Origin: Candidatus Nanohaloarchaea archaeon
GTDB taxonomy: Archaea; Nanohalarchaeota; Nanosalinia; Nanosalinales; Nanosalinaceae
Direction: 5' to 3'
Assembly (NCBI GenBank): GCA_041639695.1
Contig: JBEQBQ010000015.1
Location: 1-29,282 of the forward strand
Length of the DNA stretch: 29,282 nucleotides
Part shown: positions 1-8,040 of the stretch, in pieces
Layout of the letters: each line of letters starts with the position of its first letter
How positions within the stretch are numbered: position 1 is the first letter of the stretch
Notes under the pieces: model-generated
What the model was told of the DNA's origin: nothing
What the model saw: only the letters and a program-made list of their open reading frames with translations
Database searches by the model: none
Translations under genes and position numbers: made by a program

Positions 1-57
1 GAGCATGAATTAATGGATGAGGATGTACTTGAGTTAAACTTGAGACATCTTAGCTGA
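1..57 (+). CDS. 3' end of a gene entering the window; probable TGS-domain C-terminus (DRG/OBG-type GTPase)
   Basis: Frame 1 reads EHELMDEDVLELNLRHLS*, resembling the TGS terminal motif dHxLxDxDvvei; only 18 codons visible. Confidence 0.5.
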   Translation, partial: EHELMDEDVLELNLRHLS

Positions 58-86
58 ATAAAAATAAAGAGAAAGATTTTTAGGAG

Positions 87-404
87 TTATTCTTCGTCTG
101 CGCGTTTTTCCTGTTCTCTTTCGATCAGGTCTCTTAACGCGGATGCTAGGAATCCTAGTGTTATTGCGTCGCCAACGATCTTAAGCGAAGGGAATGCTAA
201 AGGACCCATCTTGAGGAAGCCTCCCTGTGTGTCGATCAGTGGCGTGAACATCATAATTGAGAACACGCCTGTGGCTGCCGCAATCTTAATGCTTAGTTTT
301 TCCTCGAAGTCTTTGTGGTATACATCAAGGTACCAGATTGTGAGCATCGCGGCCACGAGACCTCCTCCACCTATAAATGCACTGATAAGTGTATAAGTCT
401 CCAT
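87..404 (-). CDS. Small membrane protein (about 3 TM), unknown function
   Basis: Three hydrophobic segments, charged C-tail, TTTAAA box about 25 nt upstream. Confidence 0.7.
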   Translation of the reverse strand: METYTLISAFIGGGGLVAAMLTIWYLDVYHKDFEEKLSIKIAAATGVFSIMMFTPLIDTQGGFLKMGPLAFPSLKIVGDAITLGFLASALRDLIEREQEKRADEE

Positions 405-500
405 ACTCTCGAATTGGCGAAGCTCGGTTTTAAACCTTCCCTCAAACGTATTACAAAAACTGTTTATTTGAGATTCTAACTCCGATATGTATTACTTTTT

Positions 501-565
501 TTCTAGCGGAAGTAACGGAAAGGTACGTCTCCATGTTTTAAACTACCGGAAGTATTATAGTTCCG
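501..565. promoter_or_regulatory. cdc6 promoter with CGGAA repeats and an inverted repeat over the start
   Basis: TTCTAGCGGAA 501-511; CGGAAGTA at 507 and 547; CGGAA at 516; TATA TTTTAAA 536-542; CGGAA-N9-TTCCG 547-565. Confidence 0.5.
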
Positions 566-1584
566 TGAGAACTCCGAACACCGTTATAGAGGACGCGAGG
601 GTGCTAACCGCCGACTTCCTGCCCAACAGAATGGTCCACAGGAACTCACAGCTCAACGAGATAAAACGCTGCCTCGAACCCATACTCGACGGAAAGAACC
701 CTAGAAACATGCTTCTCTACGGACCGCCAGGAACCGGAAAGTCCACGATGGCAGAGTACGTAGTCGACGAGCTCCAGAAACACTCCTCTACAGTGGTCTG
801 GGGAAGCGTCAACTGCTGGAGATACCCTTCAAGGTTCAAAGTATACTACAACCTGCTTCAGGACATAGGAGTCAACCTGATACATAGAACCGGGACTCCA
901 ACCGACGAGCTGGTCGACAAGTTCAGGCAAAAAGTCTCAGGACGGCCAAGCATAGTAATACTCGACGAGGTCGACCAGATAGAGGAGGAAAGAATACTCT
1001 ACGACTTCGCAAGAGAAAACAACATCGGGCTGATAATGATCGCGAACAAGGAAACCGCTTTATACGATGTAGACCAGAGAATAAGATCCTCACTGGAAGG
1101 AACAAAAGAGGTTAGGTTCCCCGCCTACCCGAAAGAGGAGCTGGTTGACATACTGAAGGATAGAAGGAAGTGGGGTCTGAGAAAAGAAGCTGTGGACAAC
1201 CAGCAACTAAACAGAATCGCTTCAAGAGCGGATGGTGACGCCCGGGTAGCGATAAACGGTTTGAGAATCGCTGCCGAAGAAGCAGAGAACAGGGACATGG
1301 AAGAGATTACTGACGCGATAGTCGAGAACGCGCTGCCTCAGGCCGAAGAAGAGAACAAGTCAAAGTCTGTCGACAAGTTAAACGGACACCAAGAAGTTCT
1401 CTACGAGATTATTAAAGAGGAAGGCGAAATTTCACCGGGCGAACTCTATGAGGAGTACGAGGAAAGAGTTGACGAGCCTAAGACGGAGAGGACTAGGAGG
1501 AAGTACTTGAAGAAGATGGATCACTACCGTTTGATCGAGTCGGAGGGCGAAGGAAGATGGAGAACTTACACGCTCCAGAACTGA
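565..1584 (+). CDS. cdc6: Orc1/Cdc6 family AAA+ ATPase with winged helix (short type)
   Basis: N-terminal DARVLxxxFLP..HR, Walker A GPPGTGKS, Walker B IVILDEVD, GDARVAI sensor, C-terminal wHTH. GTG at 565 preferred over ATG 487 because of TATA spacing. Confidence 0.93.
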   Translation: MRTPNTVIEDARVLTADFLPNRMVHRNSQLNEIKRCLEPILDGKNPRNMLLYGPPGTGKSTMAEYVVDELQKHSSTVVWGSVNCWRYPSRFKVYYNLLQDIGVNLIHRTGTPTDELVDKFRQKVSGRPSIVILDEVDQIEEERILYDFARENNIGLIMIANKETALYDVDQRIRSSLEGTKEVRFPAYPKEELVDILKDRRKWGLRKEAVDNQQLNRIASRADGDARVAINGLRIAAEEAENRDMEEITDAIVENALPQAEEENKSKSVDKLNGHQEVLYEIIKEEGEISPGELYEEYEERVDEPKTERTRRKYLKKMDHYRLIESEGEGRWRTYTLQN

Positions 1585-1627
1585 GGAAGTATCATATCAC
1601 GTCCTTGACAGTTCCGCGCTTTATTTG

Positions 1628-1903
1628 CTAGCCTCTTAAGGCATTCAAACGCTCACGGATGAAGTTCTGTTCGTACATCTTGATTACCTGCTCGTATATT
1701 TTGCAGGCCGCTATCAAGAATCCTTCTGCTTGCCTTACGTTACCTTTTTCCTTGTATTTCTCGGCTTGTTCAACGCATTTATCGCCGGCATTACGAAATT
1801 GCTTAGGGAGAACATGAGATAGATTCGGGCCGTTTCTCTTCTCTTTTTTAGTCTGGGACCTGAGTTTTCTTGCTCTTTGAATTAGTTCATTATACTCTGA
1901 CAT
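1628..1903 (-). CDS. Small basic helical protein, paralogue of 1903-2214
   Basis: TGATG overlap with upstream gene; aligns by eye with its neighbour. Confidence 0.75.
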   Translation of the reverse strand: MSEYNELIQRARKLRSQTKKEKRNGPNLSHVLPKQFRNAGDKCVEQAEKYKEKGNVRQAEGFLIAACKIYEQVIKMYEQNFIRERLNALRG

Positions 1904-2214
1904 CAAGCCTCACCTAGTTGTTGATAGAGCGCCCTCAGATCGTGGCTATCCACGGTCATCAATACCTCGTACTGGAGTATGAAAGCCCCTTTTAGAATGC
2001 CTTTAGCTACTTCAGGATCTCCCGACTCTTCCGCTTCCTCTCTGAGCAACTTGCATGTGTTAATGAATCTTTGAGGGATGAGAACGTCATGAGAAGGTTT
2101 TAATTCCTCCAGTTGTTTTTCTATCTTTAAACACCATTCTAGCTGCTGAGTCGCGATTTTTGCTCTATCCTCTGACTCCAGTATTTTATCGATATTGGGA
2201 GGTTTCAGCATCAT
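1903..2214 (-). CDS. Small acidic helical protein, paralogue of 1628-1903
   Basis: TATA-like TTATTAAAA upstream on the minus strand; translationally coupled to the downstream paralogue. Confidence 0.75.
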   Translation of the reverse strand: MMLKPPNIDKILESEDRAKIATQQLEWCLKIEKQLEELKPSHDVLIPQRFINTCKLLREEAEESGDPEVAKGILKGAFILQYEVLMTVDSHDLRALYQQLGEA

Positions 2215-2317
2215 TATCCGGTTTATTCAGGGTTTTAATAAGCCTTCACACTTTTCTATCGGAACTTCCGGCAGCCTCCTCGTTTGTTTATAAACCGAGT
2301 CTTGTCCTTTGCAACAT

Positions 2318-2512
2318 ATGTCAGCGAACATTCGTGCCTACGAGGATCACCTGGAGTACCTTCCCAAGAAGGAGAAAAAAGCCGTAGACCAGCTCCTAGA
2401 CACTGAAGAGGAAGACAAGGTTCCTATGATGATCGTGAAACAGGTCGACCGCAACAAGATGTATGAAGAAGAGGAAAACCACACTAGATCTAGGATGCGA
2501 AGAAAGCCTTAG
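2318..2512 (+). CDS. Hypothetical small charged protein (64 aa)
   Basis: TTTATAAA box at about 2287, ATG at 2318; halophile-like composition. Confidence 0.65.
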   Translation: MSANIRAYEDHLEYLPKKEKKAVDQLLDTEEEDKVPMMIVKQVDRNKMYEEEENHTRSRMRRKP

Positions 2513-2591
2513 AAACCTTTATGAACTCCGCAAAACGATTAGAACGGTTTTCAGGAGCAAGGGTTTATAAGCGTGCAGGGGAATTCTTAGC

Positions 2592-2702
2592 ATGATGCAA
2601 ACCGATTTCATGGACGAAACCGGTCGACAGATTCCGGTCGAGTTCGAACAGGGAAACATCGTTTCCCGCGCGGTAAGCAAACTAATGGGTTTCAGAAACT
2701 AG
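2592..2702 (+). CDS. Unannotated 36-aa micro-ORF MMQTDFMDETGRQIPVEFEQGNIVSRAVSKLMGFRN
   Basis: TTTATAA at 2564-2570, leaderless ATG, downstream T-rich terminator-like tract. Confidence 0.5.
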   Translation: MMQTDFMDETGRQIPVEFEQGNIVSRAVSKLMGFRN

Positions 2703-2818
2703 GGAGGGGGCCCGACCCGAGATTTCTTCTTTTCTATTATCAAACAAGTTAGTTACTCATGCTCCAGCTTAAATCTTTTCGATAAAGCTCTAATACCGTA
2801 CAAATAGTATTACTGTAT

Positions 2819-3064
2819 ATGGGGAAGGCGGACATACTTGAAGGCGCAACTATTGACGAGCTTTATATCGAGATAGAGGGTTCTGGCGAGACTTACGAGG
2901 CCGTTAAAAACCAAATTGAGGAGCTGGGTATAGATTACAGCGAATCCGAGAACCCGCCAACATACATTAATAGCGTAGTTATGGAGGTAAATCCTGAGAA
3001 AGGTCTTGGAGGAAAATTTGAAGGAGAAGAGGCGTTGGATGCCTTGAACGTTTTACTCGATTAG
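2819..3064 (+). CDS. Hypothetical acidic protein, possibly a Cys-less thioredoxin-like fold
   Basis: Acidic ORF; pattern EELGIDYSE...P...GGKFEG loosely glutaredoxin-like, no CxxC. Confidence 0.6.
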   Translation: MGKADILEGATIDELYIEIEGSGETYEAVKNQIEELGIDYSESENPPTYINSVVMEVNPEKGLGGKFEGEEALDALNVLLD

Positions 3065-3427
3065 CTCTCCGTTCACAACTCCTTCCTGGCCAGGCCGGGA
3101 AGTGATTCTGGCCTTTCCTTCAGAAGTTGTTACAATTGCGCCCTTGGTTAGCAGCGAACGTCTTACGAAGTTAGGGTTGGCATCGTTCTCCTCAACCGAT
3201 TCGATCTCCGCGTTTACAACGCCTTCGTCGGTTGCGAGGTTGATTGTCTCCGCGCCTTTTACGACGTTCTTCTTGTTTCCTCCTCGAGTATCTTTTTTCT
3301 CTACCTTCTTTTCATCGAGCTGCGGTTCCGAGAACTCTGATCCCAGATCGTGTTTCCGGGACTTTCTGTAGCTTCGTGTTCTTCCGCCCGTTTTCTTTCT
3401 TCCGTTCTGTCTGTGCCAGATTGCCAT
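3053..3427 (-). CDS. rps8e: 30S ribosomal protein S8e
   Basis: MAIWH..RKKTGGR...RKHDLG, RGGNKK, NPNFVRRSLLTKGAIV, ARITSRPGQEGVVNG. Confidence 0.97.
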   Translation of the reverse strand: MAIWHRQNGRKKTGGRTRSYRKSRKHDLGSEFSEPQLDEKKVEKKDTRGGNKKNVVKGAETINLATDEGVVNAEIESVEENDANPNFVRRSLLTKGAIVTTSEGKARITSRPGQEGVVNGELIE

Positions 3428-3481
3428 ACAGTAAAGCTCTAGCTGAAATTTTATAAAAACCTCTCTAACCCTTCAACTCCA

Positions 3482-3503
3482 CGGATATAAGGCGTTATAT
3501 CCG
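3482..3503. repeat. Perfect 9-bp inverted repeat between divergent rps8e and lsm promoters
   Basis: CGGATATAA-GGCG-TTATATCCG. Confidence 0.7.
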
Positions 3504-3573
3504 GCTCAGCACGTGGAACAGGGCAGGGTTTATATAAGTTGTAGGAGGAACATCGGTTATAGGTGTTTCTAAG

Positions 3574-3813
3574 ATGGGAGACAACAACGACGACGGAAAG
3601 AGGCCACTCGACGTACTAGATACTGCAAAAGGAGATAGAGTAATCGCAAAACTGAAAGGCGGCCAGACAGTTTCCGGCAACCTGAAGGCTTTCGACCTCC
3701 ACCTCAACATGTGGCTCGAAGAAGCTTCAGTCACGGACGAAGACGGAGGACAGACAGACTACGGAAAACTCTTGATCAGAGGCGACAACGTAATACTAGT
3801 CAGCCCGGAGTGA
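3574..3813 (+). CDS. lsm: Sm-like archaeal protein (SmAP1/Lsm)
   Basis: [22 protein letters not shown] (Sm1), [13 protein letters not shown] (Sm2); conserved position upstream of rpl37e. Confidence 0.96.
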   Translation: MGDNNDDGKRPLDVLDTAKGDRVIAKLKGGQTVSGNLKAFDLHLNMWLEEASVTDEDGGQTDYGKLLIRGDNVILVSPE

Positions 3814-3820
3814 TTCAATA

Positions 3821-3976
3821 ATGGGATTAAACAAAGGAAAACGTAACAAGAAGACTCACGGCAAGTGCCGCAGATGCGGCAACAAGTCGTTCCACCTCAG
3901 GAAGAAAGAATGTGCTTCCTGTGGATTCGGAAAGACAAAGAAGACGAACAAGCCAGAGAAAAAGAGGAAAGCATAA
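3821..3976 (+). CDS. rpl37e: 50S ribosomal protein L37e (missed by the ORF track)
   Basis: [39 protein letters not shown]; zinc finger CRRCG...CASCGFG. Confidence 0.96.
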   Translation: MGLNKGKRNKKTHGKCRRCGNKSFHLRKKECASCGFGKTKKTNKPEKKRKA

Positions 3977-4206
3977 TGGAGAAGAACTACTCGGTAATCA
4001 TTCTCTCCGCAGCAGGAGACTTCCTCGTAGAAGAGGAAGACCAGCTTGAGAAGAAGGAGAAAGGCGTAGTAGCCAGAAAGCCTTACATCTACACTGAAGA
4101 GGATGAGGCTCAAAGAATCGATGCCGAGAAGATCTTCGTTCCGTACAGTTCGATGGACAACATCCAGTACGGCGAGTTCGACATAGAGACCGTCGAGCTC
4201 GAATAA
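3976..4206 (+). CDS. Hypothetical acidic beta-rich protein coupled to rpl37e
   Basis: TAATG overlap at 3974-3978; real part of track ORF 3865-4206. Confidence 0.75.
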   Translation: MEKNYSVIILSAAGDFLVEEEDQLEKKEKGVVARKPYIYTEEDEAQRIDAEKIFVPYSSMDNIQYGEFDIETVELE

Positions 4207-4234
4207 AAAAGTTCTCCCATCACTTAATTTTGAT

Positions 4235-4308
4235 GGGCCCGTAGCTCAGTCTGGCAGAGCACCGGCCTTTTAAGCCGGGCGTCGCGGGTTCAAATCCCGT
4301 CGGGCCCA
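4235..4308 (+). tRNA. tRNA-Lys(UUU), no intron, CCA not encoded
   Basis: Acceptor GGGCCCG/CGGGCCC, anticodon arm CCGGC-CTTTTAA-GCCGG, T-loop GGTTCAAATCC. Confidence 0.97.
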
Positions 4309-4309
4309 T

Positions 4310-5101
4310 ATGTCAAGATACATGTTCTTCCATGAAGATGGAGTTCTGTACTCGGAGAACGATGTTCCTCAGGCCGTGACCTACGGCGACAACTTCTCAT
4401 TCCAATACGTTTTAACGCCTCTAGAGGAACATGAAGAAGAGATTTCTATATCTACACAGGATAGCTGGGCGATGGACTACAAACTTCCTGTCGAGAACCT
4501 AGAATGGAGACTCAAAGAGCAAGACAACTGGAGTCCTGAAAACCCAGCTCTGGTTGAGTTCTCAGTAGATACATCCTTTGAGAGAATTGAGGAAGTAGAG
4601 AACGTTGATAGCGAAACCCTTGAAGATGCAGCCCCTGAACTACTAGGGCAGGACTACACGTCTATGTCAGCGGAAGAAATATCTAAAGCCATAGGAAATG
4701 AATTTAGTTACAGCATGAGAGATAGTATAGACCGGGAAAAATTCCTTGAGCAGAGAAAAGGTGTCTGTAACCAGTTTGCGGAGCTAATGGCGGTTGCGAG
4801 ACCCGAATGGATTAAGCACAACGGTTACGCATGCAGAGACGATATAGATATTTCTTCAAGAGAAGTAGATTTCGTAAATCATGCCTGGGTTGCCGATAGA
4901 CAGGAAAAAAGCATTTACGACCCAACACCCGTAGTGGAAGGCCATCTTGAACCCGGAGAGGTTGAGAGAGGTGCACACGCTTACTTCCTGCAGATCCCTC
5001 AGCCGGCTGTAGAGTTAGACGGAGAAAGAATTCCAAAGAAGATCAATAGACTTGGAGAGTCCGATACGCAGAATTACAGAGTGGAAGCAAAAACAGAGTA
5101 G
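4310..5101 (+). CDS. Transglutaminase-like (Cys-His-Asp) domain protein
   Basis: KGVCNQFA, NHAWV and YDPTP motifs. Confidence 0.8.
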   Translation: MSRYMFFHEDGVLYSENDVPQAVTYGDNFSFQYVLTPLEEHEEEISISTQDSWAMDYKLPVENLEWRLKEQDNWSPENPALVEFSVDTSFERIEEVENVDSETLEDAAPELLGQDYTSMSAEEISKAIGNEFSYSMRDSIDREKFLEQRKGVCNQFAELMAVARPEWIKHNGYACRDDIDISSREVDFVNHAWVADRQEKSIYDPTPVVEGHLEPGEVERGAHAYFLQIPQPAVELDGERIPKKINRLGESDTQNYRVEAKTE

Positions 5102-5105
5102 TTTT

Positions 5106-5582
5106 TTAGAAACCTATACTTCTCTTAACGATTCTGCCCATCCTGGTAAGTTTGCCGGCGATACTTAGACGTCCGACGTAAGCTCCGAGAAGTGCTTCCC
5201 CCTCGAAAGGCATGACCTCAGCTAAAGCCCTCCCGATCTTCGCCTCACGCATAATAGAGAACACCGGAATAACAAGCAGGAAGTCAAGCCAGTGCTGTTC
5301 GAAGAACTGTCGTCTTGAAGTTGCTAAGCGTGCAGCAACAACAAGTCTTGCGCCGAAATAAATAATCAGACCGTAGTTCAAAATGTTTACCGCTGTTCTC
5401 GTGCCTGAATTAACGGGTAGAACAAATGTGACTGTAAGTATCGATCCTATACCAATCAAGGCCAGAGGAAGCAGCTGGTCGAGAACCTTCTTGGCTTTAG
5501 AAGCCTTTCTCTGGGTGAACCTGGATTCAAGGCCTTCCTCGATGTTCTCTACGCCTTCACGGTAGTCGTCCTCCAGACCCAT
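5106..5582 (-). CDS. Membrane protein resembling an ion-channel S1-S4 module without a pore
   Basis: TM helices, FFEQHWLDFLLVIP (S3-like), then basic MREAKIGR and KLTRMGRIVKR; no GYG filter. Confidence 0.6.
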   Translation of the reverse strand: MGLEDDYREGVENIEEGLESRFTQRKASKAKKVLDQLLPLALIGIGSILTVTFVLPVNSGTRTAVNILNYGLIIYFGARLVVAARLATSRRQFFEQHWLDFLLVIPVFSIMREAKIGRALAEVMPFEGEALLGAYVGRLSIAGKLTRMGRIVKRSIGF

Positions 5583-5702
5583 TAACTCTTTGTTTAAACC
5601 GGGCGCGTGTTAAAACTTTCCGACATAGAACTTGTTATACACTGAAAAGTCGGGTAAGGAGCGAGGCCTTTTAGAATGTTAAGGTCTAACCCATGTTTGT
5701 AA

Positions 5703-5777
5703 GGACCGGTAGCTTAGCCAGGTTATAGCGCCACGCTGATAACGTGGAGATCCCCAGTTCAAATCTGGGCCGGTCCA
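5703..5777 (+). tRNA. tRNA-Ile(GAU), CCA not encoded
   Basis: Acceptor GGACCGG/CCGGTCC, anticodon arm CCACG-CTGATAA-CGTGG, T-arm CCCAGTTCAAATCTGGG. Confidence 0.97.
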
Positions 5778-5884
5778 TCTTTCTCCGAGTTACCTTTAGA
5801 TTTCAACACCGCTAGGTAGTCGTGTCAGCCATTCGAGTTATCTAATCAAAAATGATTTTTATCTTCGAGTCCTCAAAACAAGAT

Positions 5885-7078
5885 ATGGATAAGAAGATTG
5901 TTTTTTCCACAGTATTTTTGTTAGCTACTGTATTCGGTCTGCTATTCCTGGTTGCGCATATAGACTCCTCTGAAGCCTTCCTTGGACCAAAGGATGAAGT
6001 AGTTATTGTAAATGGAGAAAAACCTGAAGGAAACGCTTTCGGAATGAGGAGCTACGGATCAGTTGATAAACGACACGGCGTCTGGAGGGTGAAAAACTTC
6101 ACAGTAAACAATACAAGGGAACTGGATCTAGATATCTACGCTTCAGGCAGAGTTCCTTCGGCATTCATGGTTATCAACAGGAACACCGGACGGGTTGTGG
6201 ACTATGATGGTCAGGGCAACTATGAACCTATGTTATATGAGAGCTCGAACTCTGAATACGGTAATAACATCCTGAAAGATGTGCATAATCTAAATAGACA
6301 TGTTAAGCCGGGCCGGAACTACACTCTTATCGGAGCTATGGGAAGAAACGGCAGATTGGAATTAAACCTTGAGGCAGATCTTGTCAAGAATGATAATACC
6401 GAAATCGAATCAGTTGACAAGCAGAAATTAATAGATCAAGAGATAAAATCCCTGGAGAGACAGATAGAAAAGAAAGAATTTACTAGCTGGCGAATCGATG
6501 ACCGGAGTTATTATGAGTCTGCCAGCAAAGATGATCTTGATTACGGATCCTCTTCTCTGGCTTTAGGTGTCTTATTTATGGAGTTACGGCTTGAGGCCAC
6601 CGAACTGAATAATACGTTTAAGGAATCCCGTATGAAGAAGCTGGACGAATTGAGGGAGAAAGCACTCTCGAAGATTGCCAGACACAAGGCTTCGATATGG
6701 CTTTCAAACCAGAAAACTGAAAACATGGTGTCCGAGATGTTCCGCTCTATGGATGTAGGTATCGATAATCATCTTGAAGGCGTTGAAGTGGAACAAGATG
6801 TTGAAACCTTGGAAGCCTACAAGGAGCCAGCAGACTTTCAGCCTGAAGTGCTAGAATACGTACCGGTCAAGTCCGATGACGAGGTGGATCCAGCCTACCA
6901 GAAGATCTATAAGGTGCCTATAGAATGGTCCGGAGTCATAGAGATGGATCCATATAATGGGGGAGAGACGATCAGTAGAAAGTTTGATGGACGAATAGGA
7001 TGGATTAATGTAGACGTGGCCTGGCCGCCACCATCCAAAGCCTCAATCAGCGGTTGGAGCGTGATACCGAATCCCTAA
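5885..7078 (+). CDS. N-terminally anchored or secreted protein: beta-rich domain followed by coiled-coil, unknown function
   Basis: MDKK plus hydrophobic helix, several NxT sequons, TTTTTAT box at about 5856. Confidence 0.75.
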   Translation: MDKKIVFSTVFLLATVFGLLFLVAHIDSSEAFLGPKDEVVIVNGEKPEGNAFGMRSYGSVDKRHGVWRVKNFTVNNTRELDLDIYASGRVPSAFMVINRNTGRVVDYDGQGNYEPMLYESSNSEYGNNILKDVHNLNRHVKPGRNYTLIGAMGRNGRLELNLEADLVKNDNTEIESVDKQKLIDQEIKSLERQIEKKEFTSWRIDDRSYYESASKDDLDYGSSSLALGVLFMELRLEATELNNTFKESRMKKLDELREKALSKIARHKASIWLSNQKTENMVSEMFRSMDVGIDNHLEGVEVEQDVETLEAYKEPADFQPEVLEYVPVKSDDEVDPAYQKIYKVPIEWSGVIEMDPYNGGETISRKFDGRIGWINVDVAWPPPSKASISGWSVIPNP

Positions 7079-7123
7079 TCCAACCGGAGAGTTCATAGGT
7101 TAAGAGACCACTAACTATCAGGC

Positions 7124-7999
7124 TCAAAGCTCAAACTTTCCCTTACAAGCTGCCTTCAAGCCGTATATTACTGCTTCCTCGTCCAGAGAGTTTTCCTCGA
7201 CTATAGGTTTCTGGTTCATTAAACCATCTTCAACTTTTTCCATAGGTTCTTCGACCACTTTTTCGAAGTGGTTCTTGGCTACCGCTCCCCCGACCCATAT
7301 CACTTCGGGGTTGAACAGGTTCACCAGGTTTTCGAAGCCTCTGGCGTTGCATTCCTGCATCTTTTCGATTACTTTTTCTGCGGTTCGGTCGCCCATCTCC
7401 TGTTTGTCGAATATCTCCCTCGAGTCTTCATACTGTCTGTTGAAAAGCTGTTCGGCCATTAAAGGCATCCTGTCGCCGGAGCTGTATGCTTCCCAGTGAT
7501 CGCAGCCTCCGCAGCCACATTTCACTCCGTCTTTACCTATCTCCATGTGGCCAACTTCTCCCAGGTTTCCACCCCAGCCCTCAAGTATTTCACCGTCCAC
7601 AATAACTCCTGCGCCGATCCCCGAGCTGATTGTGAGGTATATCATGTCTTCCGCCGAGTTCCTTCCATAGTAGTATTCTCCGGCGACTGCCGCGGTTGCG
7701 TCGTTCATCATTTTTACGTCTCCATAGGACGAAAGCATTTCCCTCAGGTTGAAGCTGTCTTTTGACAGGTTTGGAGGGTAGAACTCTCCTTTCGCCCTAT
7801 CGATAGGTCCTGCGGCCGCCACAGCCACGTGTTCTAGTTCACCAGTTTGCCGGTCAGTCTCCCTCATAACTGCGTTGACAAGTTCATCTGAGTTCTCGAG
7901 GAAATAACGGGTGCTGTACTTTTCAACTGTCTCAAAGTCGTTTTCACCTGCACCTATAACAGTGTTTGTAGCTCCTATGTCAACGCAAAGAAATGCCAT
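7124..7999 (-). CDS. ROK family sugar kinase (glucokinase-like)
   Basis: VDIGATN, NDATAA, TISSGIGAG, GEVGH, CGCGGCDHWEAYSSG zinc motif. Confidence 0.93.
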   Translation of the reverse strand: MAFLCVDIGATNTVIGAGENDFETVEKYSTRYFLENSDELVNAVMRETDRQTGELEHVAVAAAGPIDRAKGEFYPPNLSKDSFNLREMLSSYGDVKMMNDATAAVAGEYYYGRNSAEDMIYLTISSGIGAGVIVDGEILEGWGGNLGEVGHMEIGKDGVKCGCGGCDHWEAYSSGDRMPLMAEQLFNRQYEDSREIFDKQEMGDRTAEKVIEKMQECNARGFENLVNLFNPEVIWVGGAVAKNHFEKVVEEPMEKVEDGLMNQKPIVEENSLDEEAVIYGLKAACKGKFEL

Positions 8000-8040
8000 A
8001 GAAATAGTGTATGAAAAGCTGGCTTTTAACATTTCCTAAC

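Noticed and set aside
487-564. N-terminal extension of Cdc6 from ATG 487
   Set aside because: Runs through a T-tract, TATA box and repeats; GTG 565 fits leaderless promoter spacing
3865-3975. 5' part of track ORF 3865-4206
   Set aside because: Overlaps rpl37e in another frame; real start is ATG 3976
4235-5777. tRNA-anchored provirus or integrative element
   Set aside because: No integrase and no duplicated tRNA 3' end seen in the window
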